64,000 bases of DNA from Felis catus (taxonomy: Eukaryota), in NCBI RefSeq assembly GCF_018350175.1, contig NC_058368.1, positions 152,336,001 to 152,400,000 of the forward strand. The letters are read 5' to 3'. A model generated the notes under the pieces. The model had not been told where the DNA came from. It made no database searches and saw nothing but the letters and a program-made list of their open reading frames with translations. The position numbers and the translations under genes are program-made. Shown here in pieces: positions 49,682-63,950 of the stretch (position 1 is the stretch's first letter; the number at the start of each line of letters is the position of its first letter).

Positions 49682-51799
49682 AAAGAAATAATTTAGCCAT
49701 TATAAGTCCAACAGATCAATACAAGCAGTCAATGTTTTGATTAAAATGGTCATTTTTCATACTGCTTTATGCAGTTTGACAATTTCACTTTCTAAATCAA
49801 TTGGTTTAAGCAGATTGATCTATGTCACCACCTAAATTCTTTCCACATGGATATAGTTTAAGAATGTTATAAGAATCTAAGAAAGCCCATATGCATAATC
49901 ATTTCATAGATGGTTGACCAAAAATGAAATTTCCAACACTAGATAAAACAGTAACAATTATGTGGATGGAGGTGGAAATAATGTCTGTAGTTTAAAGCTC
50001 TGAAACATATGATACCCTAGATGTGTGTCCTGTTTTGGAAAGCTGCCCCCAGGCTGTCTTGTAGAAGGGTTAGGAGCAAGATAACAGAGGCTCACAGAGA
50101 CATCTCTGGGCTACGGAAGGGACTTTCAGGCCACAACATTCTCTTGAGTTCCAAGGAGTCATTCCCAGTGAGAGGGACCACGTTCGAAGACGATTGACAG
50201 TTTAGACTGAAAACAGCTTTCAAAGAGACTAATCTTATAAAGTATTGCAAATGAATAAGGGCAACAGGAGAAGGTGTTCACCTGCCAGTCTCCGCCGTGC
50301 AAGATGAGAGCCTGTCTGTACTCACACATGTGCTGACTTAAAAAAAAAAATCACATAAAAAACAACATCTTTGCTTCGGAGACGTTTTTAACAAGTATTA
50401 CAGAAAGAGCACCAGCTACCAAAAAGAGTTGCCAAGGCCAGAAGGAGCCATCAATCGAAACAGTTTACATTTCAAAGTTTTTCCAAGAAGAGTGAAAAAC
50501 GTCTCCCTGCCTTGATGGAAAACAGAGGCGCTGTAGTAAGAATCTATGTGCTGCCTTCTCAGTCAAGTTTCTTTCTCTAGAGTGGCCTTTTAAACCTTAG
50601 GTTGGTACCCACAGGTAGAGAGAAATAGAAGTGTTAGTATCTCCTGGGGCTTGTGCCCTGAGCAGCTTAGTGGCCTGTGGAATCAGGATAAAAATCCTCT
50701 TCCTTTTATGAGTTTGACAAGAAAAACAGCCTTATTGCTCTTGGGCACTATTTGAGATTGATCGGTCACTTTTACTTCTATACTACGTACTTTCTGACAT
50801 CACTGAACAAATAATTATACGTATCTGCCTTGGAATGTTTTTTTCCCCTGGAGATAATTCCGGAATCGAGTCTTACTTATCTCAGCCTCTTACAATGGAG
50901 GAAATGAAAGCTAACAATGCCACATTTTAACCAGAGTGTGCATTTGTTTGTCCCTTGTAAAGAAAATGTTTTTTTTTTTTTATTTGAAAGAAAAAGTCTG
51001 CATGCTTTTCTTTGGCCCCGGGGAAGGAAAAAAGAACATTTCTTAAATTCAGTAAGGATTTTCAAAAGATACATAATCTAATGGATACTTCTGGTTTTAG
51101 CTTTTAATTTTCTGCTTAATTTTTCCATGACATTACTAAACACCAAATCTAATTTCCTGAATCTATTAGAATAAATTCTACATACTTTCATTTTTCGTTC
51201 CAGAAGCAGGTCAAATGGAAACAATAGTCTAAGAAAAAATTTTAATTTCATAATTAAGACTTGGGGAAGGAAGATAACAGTGAGAAACTTTTGTCATTGA
51301 TTTGTGTCCCATGAAAATGGTTATTTGTGCATCTCCCTCCTACACACAATATGCCAACAATCCCTCCACTAGATCCAAATGTGCCAACACATCTCTTTGA
51401 CCAATAAGTAATGTGTATAACCATAACAAAGACTCAAATGCCCTGATTACCCAGAAGTAGTGCCATGACCATTTTCTTAGATTGCAGTAGAATAGATTAA
51501 AAAAAGGACCACCCTCTCTTTTTGCACACACACACATACGCTGTTCATTATGATCACAAAGGTTACCGTCACTTTCTTAGATTGACCTATCGATATAAAT
51601 TACACAATATCACTGAAAAATATTACCAATTTCCATACCAACATCCTTTGTAAATACCACTGGTTCTCCATGAACTCCTTCTGACCTCCTGGTCTGAGGC
51701 TGTCACCATATGATGTACATAATTCTCTCAACACTGATCCATTACTTCTGCTCAGTGTTGGGGGTCAGGCCAATAGTGTAAAGTCAAAGATAATTAGCA

Positions 51800-52350
51800 G
51801 CCCTATCAATAACCAGCTCCAGAATTGTCGCCTAAGTGACAGGCCAGAAAAGCCAAGAAAAGAGGTAGCAATAGAAAGTAGAAGAAAAGTGCCGGTACAT
51901 TCTGTGGTTCGAGCAGCTGCTATGGACTATCAGCATCACCAGGAGACCTCATTGCATTAGCATAAATTCAAATGACAAATGCACAGTGCTATTCAGAGAC
52001 TCATTAATTTGCAATGGGTGCAGTGCTCATGACATATTAGTGCAAAATTCAAATGTCTTTGTAGCAATGTGAATTTAGTTGTGAGACCAAAGTCGCTAAA
52101 ATGAAAATGTGTGGTTTTTTTAGCAGTTTATTAAATTATGAACTGTGATGACTATATCCGTGCATCTTTTTAAGCAGATGAGGTCCAGCGTGCTCCAGCG
52201 GCAAATCGCATGGTTTGTGTTGATATTTTCCTGTCAGACAATTTCCAAGCAGCAGATAAGATACTAGACTGTCTGCTTTGCTCTGCTGCATGCGGACTGA
52301 GAGCTCCCCCTTCTGGACAAATGACATTGCCACTCTAAAAGAATATACCA
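51800..52350. promoter_or_regulatory. Candidate conserved enhancer-like element
   Basis: Unique, repeat-free, CpG-retaining sequence with POU-type ATTAGCAT (51956-51963), E-box CAGCTG (51914-51919), GATA AGATAA (52254-52259) and TAAT/ATTA motifs. Confidence 0.35.
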
Positions 52351-53789
52351 CCATTTATTGTCTTCTTTTTGTATCTTTAACAACAGGTTTTGATGCAAAG
52401 AATTTCAGTGTCCACCCAAAGCCAAAAGAAAATAATTTGGTATCATTTATTGTAAAGGAGAGTATATGATAACTTTCTACAAAATGCAGAAGTCACCCTC
52501 AATTGAAATTGGTCTTACATAATTTTCTATGCAGCGACTCCCAGATCTCATTTACAAGCATCTTTTTTAAAATAACTGCCTGGTTTACGTATAGCTAGAA
52601 TATAGGCAAAAAAATTTTTTTAATTGTTATTGTCATATTATTTCTGTAATACCATAAACAAGCTTACAATTACTAAGCATTCAATTGTATAAAGAAAATA
52701 GCATGGATATACATAGACAGAGCCTTTTCAACAAAGCTACTAAGTATATCTTGTACTCAACTTGGTTGAATGAGATTATGAACAGACACAGACAAGAAAA
52801 GCCAGATCATACCTTTGCCACTTGTGTCTGGTGGGCTAATCTGTCTTTTTAACATAACAAATCTTCTGCCCAATTATTTCAAGTTACTCAAAACAAATTT
52901 ATCGCTGTTGTGCCTTTTAAAAATATAGTGACTCAGATCATTACAAAAATGGAATGAAGAAGGAGGTTAACTTTCTCTGCAGTATTGATGTAACCCAAAT
53001 ATACCAAATGAAATGTCACACCTGCACTTCTCAGTATCCAGAATTCATAGTTTCTTAGAGCAGACCTGAATCCCGGTTTATATTACACAAATACTCAAGT
53101 TCATAGCTGATACTTTTAAAGAGATACATTTAGCATTTTTCAGAATAAGCTATAGCTTTCCAAATCATGTATCATACCTCTGCAAAAATTGAAAAGCAGG
53201 CTACCATTTGAAAATTGCTGTTAGGAGAATAGAAAATCTACAAGTAAAAGATGTATCCTTTGGCCATTTGAACTAACTAATCTCCACTGGGCTATCCAAA
53301 GTGTGCTTTAGCAGGTCCTTCTTAAAAAGTATGTTTATCACTTTCTAAACTTTGAATACATTATATCAGGTAAAAAGGGGGCTATGTCACCCTATTATTG
53401 CTTCTAGACTTAATTATGTACTCTCTGCGCACTCGATTTACAGTGAATTTGGTGAAAGCCATTCCACTAAAAGCTGTGTACTTCTAAATTACATTTAATA
53501 ATATCATTGATGCTTTGTGTCATCTTCAACAATTAAAAATAACATCACTGTAATCTATCCTACTTACTTGGAATTGAATTGGTCTTGAGTTATTTAGCAG
53601 GCTCATTTTATTTAACAGTAACTGCTACATGAAAGATACAGAGCTAATGAAGATTGAGAGGGATCGCTGTACATTAAACATGTGGAAGGAGCATGTAACT
53701 GAGCAATATCAGATTTATCTCTGTAGCTGGACGTCTTGGCATTGTTTATCCTTACCGCATTCCCTTTCACCAAGTACTTAGAATCCCAC

Positions 53790-53938
53790 ACTCGCAGAAC
53801 ATCACAACCGGAAGGGCCATTGTTGACCATCTCTCATTTTACACACACAAGGAGGAGAGACTGAAAAGCTCAGCAAATTTACCAAGGTCTAACAGCTAGA
53901 AAGTGGTAGAACTGAGAAAAGAGCTCTGGTCTCCAGAC
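53790..53938 (-). mobile_element. MIR fragment
   Basis: ctcattttaca...aatttaccaaggtctaacagctagaaagtggtagaactg. Confidence 0.65.
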
Positions 53939-53939
53939 A

Positions 53940-54121
53940 TTCCTTCTCAAACTTTAGCACACCAAAGAATCACCTGGAGGACTTGTTAAAACAGATTGCT
54001 GGGCCTGTTCCCAAAGTTTCTGATTCAGTATTGGGGGAAGAGATTCTCATTTCTGGCTACCTCCAAGTAATACTGTTATTGCTGGCCCAATGGCCACATC
54101 TTCAGATCTTAAGAACTACTG
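53940..54121. mobile_element. MER5A-like MITE
   Basis: ttctcaaactttagc...gaatcacctggaggacttgttaaaacagattgctgggcc...agtttctgattcagta...aagaactactg. Confidence 0.85.
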
Positions 54122-57097
54122 TTCCCTAAACCAGTTTTCTGTAAACTGCTGTATTCTTATTTCTAATAACGTCTCTGATCATGATACACAAATCACACTC
54201 AATATCACATTACTTTTCTGTCATCTCTCTGAAAGAAGACAGGGGTAATACCTACAGTGTTAAAAATTTGGAAGGGCACAGGAAAACAAAACAAAACAAA
54301 ACAAAAAACCAAGGTACCCAAAGCCAGATTAAGGCATTTAGGGACACTAAACACTGAAAAGATTATTGCCACTGAGGTGAATCGCTATCCCAATTCAACC
54401 CATGTAAATCTCAAGGTAAAAAGCAATATTAAACCATACACACTGTAAAAGAGCCAATCAAAGCCTTAAAGTCTCAAGGTTCTCCCTCTCTCACTCTCTG
54501 TCTGCATCTCTCTCTTTCTGTCTCCCTCTCTCTCTCCCCCCTCCCCAAACCCTCACTTATACCCTAAGCATTTCATAGTGTATCTATCAGGTTATTCTAA
54601 AGACAGCTCTATTTCTATATTTCTAAGCTACTCTTTTTCATTCTGTCTTGCCATGATCACTTGTCTATTTTGTGAGTATAAAATGAACTCTGAGCTGCAG
54701 TTTTCTTAAATCATTACAGAATCTACATAGAGGCCAAATATAGGCAAGATGGCCTTATCTCCGTTGCCTTCCCCCACTAGCTATCAATATTTAGGCAAAC
54801 AGAAGTTTACCCTCTTTTCAGCCTCTAAAATAAAATAGCATTTACAGACCTAATGCATCAAAGTGCAACTTATCATTGCCCATATAATGTATTAGCAAAT
54901 TTAGGTCACAAGAATCAGAAAGAGCTCCTGGATAAGGAAACCTGAAATTGCCTGTGCTTGAAGAACCAGCTCAGAAGAACGGGAGCATCTTCAAGAATTT
55001 CACCCAGGCATTTGCCGGTTCCTGAGCCTAATGCACAGAATTCAACAAACCTGTTCAGCACTCTGGACTCACAGTTAGTTGTAACATCATTGCCTTTTTT
55101 TCCTGGTTTGGAGAATAACTGTAATGAAGTTAATCACCAAAACCCAATATACACATCTATATATTGATTTTAAAATAGCGTCAGTTTGGAAAATGAAAGT
55201 GACTAATGATAGGAAAAGATTTTAATTATATATATAAGCCTTGATGTTTCTGTGTTCTCTCTGCTTTTTTTATTGGAGTACAATTACCTCTTTTTTCAGA
55301 AGATTTTCAAAATTATCTTTTATCAGTTTCTAGAAAATTTCTGAAATCATGGAATAGATTTTATTCCAATTCATATTATGAATACTGCATTTTTCTGAAC
55401 ATTAAGGATCCTCCCCCAAAAGATAACATCCCTATTTCTGGAGTTCTCTAGTAAGTTACGACATTAAAATCCACTTTGATATATTGCTTAAACTCCTACA
55501 GAAAATTAACTTTTCATTTCAAAATAATTTGCAACTATAGTTTCCACGCAAATTTTGCTGTGTTTTTGCCTTATATTTCCTACCATCGTCCCCATTTTTC
55601 AGACAAGCCAGCCAATCACAGAAAAATTAACATAGGTTTGTCACGATTACTGGTGCACCCATGCTGTTACTGGGCTTATTACATGCCTCAGCCACATGTT
55701 ATGTTCACCATCATTTCACCTAGACCTTCCAGTAACATACTCCTAATCCCAAATTCTTTTCCATGCTAGATGCTTCCTTTCACATTTCTTCTTCAGGTTT
55801 AAATAAAATAGACCTCCTATCTTTCACAGTCCTTGAATGCTATGCAATTTCTGAATTGCAACAAAAGTTCTATTTTCCTCTGTCTAAATTAAAGTGAATT
55901 ATTTAGTGTTTCAATGAGTGGCAAACACAGAATTTGTTTATTCAGGACAAAAGACTATGAGAATATGATTCTTCTTTACAACACAATAGAATACTTATTC
56001 CTTCAAAAAATTCTGCCCTTTAAAAAAAGATATTAAGTGAAATCAAGTATTGTAACTCAGAGGTTATTAGGGAAAAAGTTTATTAATGTAAATGGCTAAA
56101 ATCTAGCCTCATGTGAATACTAAGGCAGATAAATAGCAGTCTATTAATTCAGGTTATCTTCTCTACAACTGCATTTTTATTTATATCCTTTCATTTCAAA
56201 ATATATGCGCATATGCTATTTTTATCTCTCAGTAAAAATAAAGCTAGATATTTTTTGGTATATTAAGCAAGTCTGTTTTACCTGTTTCTAAAATCTTCTC
56301 TCTGATATTTTTAAGACAGTTATCTTACACAGACTCTAGAAATGCAAAGGCAATAAAAATGAATCGTTTTGTCTCATGCAGGAATCTTTATTAATGAATA
56401 TGTGAACATTCTCTGTACAATTTAATATGCTGTATCCACTCATATGATTCTACAAAGAAGTATATTTTTGTGCATAAGCTGATTGGTAAATTTGATTTTA
56501 ATAAGAAATCAGTAAAATATGCATATTACAAGTGAAGAGAGTACAGGTTCCTATCTGCCATTTATAGTAAGATCTTATATTTCAGAGCTTAATAATGAAC
56601 CTCCCTGGGGAAGATTTAATAAAGCAGGTGCTCTGGTATTGCAGGCACTTTTGCTTCTGTCTTTCCTTTTTTTCCTATCTCCATGGAAAAAAAATCTCAA
56701 TAAGATTCATGACCCTGTTTATCAAGGATAAATCTAGTATAGTCTGGACCATGTACCACCCAAGCTGATCCAGATCTCCAACCCAACCCACTGTTTGTCA
56801 CTGCGTTTATAAAGCACAACATGTCCTGTGAAATAATATGTTTAAGCATTGTCTCTCCATCCTTACCACAAGAAGTATAAAACCAGTTTAGAGTAACCGT
56901 CTATTGCACAGTGTAACAAATTTTTAAAAATACAAGTGGGGTGGAGGGGGGAGTAGATCTTAACTGTTCTCTTCTCCTACAGAACACCTAATGTCTAAAA
57001 CATGTTCAATCCTGTTAATGCTTGTCAAATATTTCACAGTTCAGCTTTGTTCAGACTTTTTACTGACTATGAAAAATCAATTTGGTGGGATTCAGAT

Positions 57098-57262
57098 TCC
57101 AGAGACGGAAGAGCTGGAAGAGACCTTAAATAACCTTGTTCTACCAGGTTTATAGGTCAAAAACTGAGTCCCAAGAAAATTAAGTGACTTGCCCAAGGTT
57201 TTCCAAAGAATCCAGTTTTAAACTCAAGTCTACAGACACCTACTTCAGCACCCTTCTCACTG
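57098..57262 (-). mobile_element. MIR/MIR3 fragment
   Basis: gagctggaagagacctta...aaactgagtcccaaga...aagtgacttgcccaaggt. Confidence 0.75.
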
Positions 57263-58220
57263 TTCATTTCATCTGATATTTTTCTTTAATAATTAAACAA
57301 TTTCAAGAAGATACACAATGTGATTTCACAATTAAGATAAAGCAGTCACATTATATCCAGGATTGTGTAGAATTTCACTTGTACAGAGTTTCATCTGGTA
57401 TTTAGTCATTATAGTCAAATAGTATCATTATCTTTCAATTACAGAGATCAATTCTAGTTCATTAGCAAAATAAAATGATTGCCGAAGGTCCACATGAATT
57501 CTTCAAAGCTGCAATCTTCCTAATGTCAGAAGTGAAATACATTTCATAAAAAAACAAAATTTAACAAAAGTACTTGAGGTTAAATCAAACTGTGCAAGCC
57601 TCACTCACCTAAGTTATCACAGATCTATGTTCAACAGTATAATTCAAAGATCTGAAAAGGAAAATACATGCCAAAACCCTTACTAATAGCCATTTCCCCC
57701 TATTTCTTGGTTTTAGTAGCTTTTCCAACAAAGATTAGGGTCACAGGATATTATAGCATGGACAAAGATTTTTAAGTATAGATTCAAGCTAAATGACCTA
57801 GAACTACATAAAAGGAAGACTAGATTATGTTTAACATTACAAGAGAATTCTACGTGTAGGTAAAAACAATGGCCCAAACAATATAGCTATTAAGGACTGT
57901 GGTAACCTTATCAGGTTTTCTGAACTGACAGCCTTAATTGCTATGCAAGCAAATCCCAGTCAGCTAAGCAGAGCTAAAAGCAAAGGGGTAACAATATTAT
58001 CAATCTAAATTGATGCTGATATCCTCTCAATAAAACTATACTGGTGTATCTTGGAAGAAGTCATCATTTACAAAAAATACATAAAGCTGTTGCTCTTTAA
58101 TATTTTCAGTTATTATAAAGTTATCATATTAGAGTTTCTAAGATGATATAAACATTTCAATGTTAAATTGTTAGAATATTTAAACCAAAATTATAGGCTT
58201 TGGCTTTCCAAAATATTTTT

Positions 58221-58430
58221 TTTTAATTTTTTTAATGTTTATTTATTTTTGAGACAGAGGGAGACAGCGAGTGGGGGAGTGGCAGAGAAAAAGGGAGACA
58301 CAGAATCTGAAACAGGCTCCCGGCTCAGCTGTCAGCACAGAGCCTGATGCGGGGCTGGAACCCAAGAACCGTGAGATCATGATCTGAGGCGAAGTTGGAC
58401 GCTTAGCCAACTGAGCCACCCAGGCACCCC
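58221..58430 (-). mobile_element. CanSINE
   Basis: TSD tccaaaatattttt/tccaacatattttt. Confidence 0.95.
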
Positions 58431-59168
58431 ATCCAACATATTTTTAATTGTACTTTTTCTAAAAAAGTAATTGATGATCTGCTCAGACCATGATGTGGCC
58501 ACACAAATAGCACAAATAGTTATGATCATGATATACATCGGGCTTGCAATAAAAGGGATTTTTCCCCATTATATACGGACAAAAATTTAAAACAAAAAAA
58601 GTTAAAGATAGTTACATTGTGCTTTTATACATCGATCCTTTTCAATATAAATCAACCCTTCATAAAGTTATTTATGCAACTTAACATACATTATCTCATT
58701 CTTCTTAGTAATTATTTGCTTCATGGGACACAATCCCTGGAATTCTCAATTACTAGAAACTCAAGATGTTTATCTTGTTAGATAGTTTGCTAATATAGAA
58801 GAATGACCTTTTTGTATCATACTAAACAAAGGGCAGTAGTAGTCAGGAAGCCTGGACAGTATGTAAATCAGGCAATTAAGTAAACAGATATCAGGGGTGC
58901 AATAATAGCTGTCAGTAAACAAGAGGAAAAGTCAGGTAAGAAATTTAGCGAAGAGAAGCAGATGTAGCCTAATAAATGAAAGGGCCCTAAAGGAATGAAG
59001 AAAAGCCTGGCCTAGAGAGTAAACTTCTGGGCAGAAGATAATACCCTTGTCTAACAGGAGGGAAGGGTACCCAGGTAACTGGGATTCTCAATGGGCAGAC
59101 TGAAGCAACTCTGTGTTCAGCAATGGGGCCTCAAAAGAGAAGAGTTGTGTGTATAATTAAACAGACTA

Positions 59169-59294
59169 GGGGCCCCTGGGTGGTTCAGTGGGTTAAGCGG
59201 CTGACTTTGGCTCAGGTCATGATCTAGCCGTTCGTGAGCCATGTCAGGCTCTGTGCTGACAGCTCAGAGCCTGGAGCCTGCTTCAGATTCTGTG

Positions 59295-59338
<44 letters not shown>

Positions 59339-59408
59339 CCTCCCCTGCTCACTCTCCATCTCTCTCCAAAAAAAAAATAATAAATAAACATTAAAAAAAA
59401 TTTTTTTA
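59169..59408 (+). mobile_element. CanSINE with a small deletion at the B box
   Basis: gttcgtgag|ccatgtcagg lacks the usual ttcgagcc; long (CT)n; TSD agactag. Confidence 0.95.
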
Positions 59409-60382
59409 AAGACTAGACACTGAGACCCCACTGAAAACCACACAGAGTCATCTTCCTGTGAAAGACCAGGTGAGTAAAGATTGGTGCTGCATAGACTGGC
59501 AGATGGAGAAAGTCTGGGGCTCAGCAGCAGCAGAACATGTCAGTGCAAAGCAAACTGATGGCAGCCAAGGACACGAGCTGATGCAGGCCTCATCTGTATG
59601 CATGAGTGCTGTTGGGGAAGGGCTTCCTTTTTGTTTGCATAATTTCTGAAATTCTCAGACAAATTTATAAACTGGTTGGCCCCCACAAATACAATACCAT
59701 CCTTCTAGCCAATGTGGCATCTGGAGGCGTGAGCCACTCAATGGAACCTAGCAAGGGAAAAGTCATACATCAAGAGTCTGGGGATTGATTTATCCAAATT
59801 ATACTGTGTTGGTATATCTTCTATTATAAAAATACCCCTACTGAAAGTAAACGCTACATATGCAGATGAAAGGGAAAACTCCACTACACAACTCTTGATG
59901 TGTGTTGCACTGTTCACCCGCAAATTTAGTCTTTTGGATTATGATATTTGTAAGTCAAGGCTTTATACACAAAATGTAGTGTTGTTCCTACTCTTGCTCT
60001 TACACTTTAGTCTAGCAATAATTCCATGTTATTGGGGATGTTGATAATCAAATTGTCCTGAATGCTGCCATTACTTGGGTATTTTCAGCAATGCCCTGTT
60101 GTTTCATGAAACATTGCTCAGCATTCTTCACTTATATTCAACTTTTAAAAAAGAAAAGAGAACCAAAAGAAATGCTTAAAGATATTTATGTTCCTTTAAT
60201 TTAACTCAGAGATAAAGGAAAAAATGTTAACCATGGGTGAGTCTAAAATATACTAGAATGCCTAGGAATGAAACTTTCCTTCAATAAAATTTTTATGTAG
60301 AAAAATAACACGCTATCTTGAATAACTTAGATGTTCTGTCGGGCAAGAACCTGGAAAAGATAACTTTAAATTATTTTAATTT

Positions 60383-60554
60383 GGAGGCCACCTGGGTGGC
60401 TCAGTCAGTTAAGCATCTGACTTCAGCTCAGGTCATGATCTTGAAGTTCATGGGTTCAAGCCCCGTATCGGGCTTTGTGCTGACAGCTCAGAGCCTGGAG
60501 CCTGCTTAGGATTCTATGTCCCCATCTCTCTCTCTGCTCCTTCCCCACTCATGT

Positions 60555-60597
<43 letters not shown>

Positions 60598-60639
60598 AAT
60601 AAAATAAACCTTAAAAATATTTTTTAAATAAAAAATAAC
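60383..60639 (+). mobile_element. CanSINE
   Basis: TSD ttattttaattt. Confidence 0.95.
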
Positions 60640-60654
60640 TTATTTTAATTTTTC

Positions 60655-60880
60655 AAGTGACAAATTTATGCATGTGCACTACACTACAAATAGTACAAAG
60701 AATTCTAAAGTCCCACTCCAGTCATCACCCCAATCCAAATCAGCTCCCATGAGGTAAACACTGTTACCAGTTAGAAGTGTATTCTTCTAAACTATTTCTT
60801 ATGCACTTATAAAGATATAAAGAATACACAACTGCCTTTATACAGATAATTAGTGCATTGAGATATGTCTTTTTTTTCTT
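60655..60880 (-). mobile_element. Ancient L1 (L1ME-like) fragment
   Basis: gaggtaaacactgttaccagttagaagtgtattcttctaaactatttc. Confidence 0.45.
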
Positions 60881-62323
60881 GCTTTTACATAAATTGAGAG
60901 AAAATGCCCTTTAATTCTATGATTGCATAATTTCATTAATTGTTCTGAGAAAATAAAACATTTCCTTGGAACTATTGGCCCGGAAGCTAGTATTGCACTG
61001 AGCTTCTGAAATAGCCTATTAGCAGGAGCATCCCTTGCCTAAAGAAGAAAAATCTGCTTCAGTAGCGCTATCATGTCCTTTGAAACCCTCTGCCAAACAG
61101 CATATATTTAGCTTCAGGCTCATCGACAAACTAGCAATGTCATTCGTCCTCAGTATCCATTATAAAAACTTGCACCTGATGAACCTCAAATCAAGTTTCT
61201 AGATCACATACCCTTTTGGTCCAGCAATTCACTTTGCTCATCTTTTATCATCATTGCTTGTTAAATCTGCAACGCACACACGCACAAGCATGCAGCTATG
61301 GAGAGAATTAAACCCTACACTGTTCTCCCCTTGGGGTGAAGGGAAGGAAAGAAAAACAGGAAAGTCAATATTAAATATTTGCTGTGGTTATTTAAGTATA
61401 TATACATTTGTATGTTTCCCCTTGGAGGTTGCTTGATGGGGGATGCGTTTACAGAAACTTTAAATAAGTGGGTCAATCACTGTAAGACGCACAGAGACTT
61501 AACTTTTTTCCAGCTCTATTATTCGGGGCTGTTCGATTTGATGTTTGATTTGAAATTAAGAGCTTTAAATAAATGCTTGGAAACTATACGGGATGGCAGT
61601 ATTTAGCAATCTTGTTTTCTTTACATAACGTAACACACTAATGGACTACATTTTTCTTTGCTTTTTGCCATTAACTCTGAAAATAAGCAAGTTACTGTCC
61701 AAATCAGAGCCAAAAACACCACAGGGTTTCTGGCTGCAAAGGGACACTTCATGCATGAATGTGGGAAAGGAAAAAGTTGATAAACAGCCAGTTGGGAAGT
61801 GTGAAGAGATTATTTTTATTTCATGGTGTTTTCAGTGTGTAGTATCTCAGATGTTCAAAAATATATCACTGCGCCTGAAAGTTTACAATCCTCATAGTAG
61901 ATATTATCCAATGTAGTAGATGTGAAACACTTATAATGAGGACGCTTTCCCTCCATCTCTCCCTCTTGCCCTTCCTCTCTTTCTCTTTTCCACATCTAAT
62001 GGGGTTAAAATGCAGCTTCACAGAAAGCAAGCATAGGCACATTGGAATTTTAATGAATGGATCCATGAGATGCGGTTCTTAAAAAAGTGAAACAGATGCT
62101 GTCCCTCTGCTGCTGTTCTTTCTTCCTGATTATTTTTATTTCTTTGCCATTCAAAAGAATCTGGTACGTCAGGGTGATTTTCCTTTGATAACCATCCTCT
62201 TTCCAACACTGAACACCCAAGTATTGTGTTCAGACCTCAAGGTTTGCAATAATAGTGTTGAACAAATTTGGGAGAAAAAACTTAAAAATCATGGTCTACA
62301 TTTCATTGTTGATTCTGTAGAGG

Positions 62324-62325
<2 letters not shown>

Positions 62326-62373
<48 letters not shown>

Positions 62374-62394
62374 CACACACATACATACACATAC
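62326..62394. repeat. (CA)n microsatellite
   Basis: About 20 perfect CA units plus an interrupted extension. Confidence 0.97.
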
Positions 62395-63019
62395 AATAGG
62401 ACTAGCCTGGATCTCCAAATGATAAAAATTAATTATCTCACCAAAGTGCTGACCCCCAACATCTTTGCAAGGTTTTCAGTGTGTGAGACACATTTTCTGT
62501 CTACATGAAACATTACCTTTGCTAGTCTTGCTCATTAGTTCATCCTTCTTATTGCCATTGCCTCTAATTATTTTATTATCATCTTAAATTTTTTATTATT
62601 ATTTATCATCTGTGCTAGTTTTATAATATAAGAAACATTTAGAATTTAATAAAGCAAAACTATAATTGTCTTAGTTAATCAATAAAGGTGTGCTGCTTGG
62701 GAGCATAAATGGGAAGTTAATTTGTTTTGCAAAATAAATGCCACAATAATGGAAAGACAAAAATATTCAAAATTCTCTTAATAAAGGACAGAGTACAGAA
62801 TATTTTCATCTTATATCTTGAAATAAAGGAGAATGAAAATATAATCAATTGACTCTTGTATAATCATACAATTATACAATTATAAATATGTGTATATATC
62901 TACAATCTACCTCCCCCCCAATGCTATTTAAATGCAAAGAAATTAGCACATATGAGCTCAAAAGTACTCACATCTATAGACTATATCTTGTGCTCATATG
63001 TAATAAATCTGTTGAATGA

Positions 63020-63178
63020 GGAGCACCTGCATAGCTCAGTCAGTTAAGCATCTGACTCTTGATTTTGGCTCAGGTCATGATCTCACAGTTGTGAGATTGA
63101 GCCCTGCATCTGGCTCTGTACTGAGCATGGAGCCTGCTTAAGATCCTCTCTCTCCAGCTGCTCTTCTCTCCCACTCAA

Positions 63179-63229
<51 letters not shown>

Positions 63230-63252
63230 AAAAAAAATAAGAAGAAGAAGAA
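63020..63252 (+). mobile_element. Older CanSINE, apparently inserted in an L2 tail
   Basis: TSD gttgaat; flanks aataaatctgttgaat...tttgttgagtgaa resemble the L2 end. Confidence 0.93.
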
Positions 63253-63950
63253 GTTGAATAAATTTGTTGAGTGAACATTCTAAAAGGCAGAGGGTTAGAG
63301 CTTTTGTGAAGCTGGGAAACAATTTGAAACACTTTCTAATCATAATAGGTAGTCATTATGTGTGTTGCTCCTCTAGATATCCCATATCTGTTCGTTAGTT
63401 GAAAACAACAAAACTGAGGATAAAACTTGTTTCTTGGACCCTCCATCCAAAAGAAACCAAAGTAAATTACAGTACTCTCAACTTAATTTTGGAAGCTAGT
63501 CAACTCTCTATTTAAACTTCTGAAACAATATTAGTAAAATAGTAAAAAACACAGACTCCTATCCGTTAGCTTTCCAAAGACATGTGGTCTTTCTGTTCTT
63601 ATGCAACAAAGAGGTTTATTTCTAGTAAATAAATTATTTCATAGAAAAGAAATTATTTCAAAAAGATAAATATAGTACTTTTATAAAGAGTAAAGGGAAA
63701 AGAAATAGTGTGCTTATATCGTATGTTAGTTTCTTTGTGTATTAGCAGTTGCTCATCAAAACAAGGAAATAACATGGTTCTTAAGATACTAAAAGATTAA
63801 CCTCTGAAGGTAAGTGGTATATGACTAGTACAAAATAAAAAACATAAGGATATTTCCTTTTGTAACTTGTAATGGTTCGTAAACAAAATAAATCTAAGAA
63901 ATACGAGGGATTCAGTAGCACCAATAGAAGTGTTGGACACAGAGAAAATT

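Noticed and set aside
52245..52295. Possible pre-miRNA hairpin
   Set aside because: Pairing is short and imperfect, and I recognise no mature miRNA
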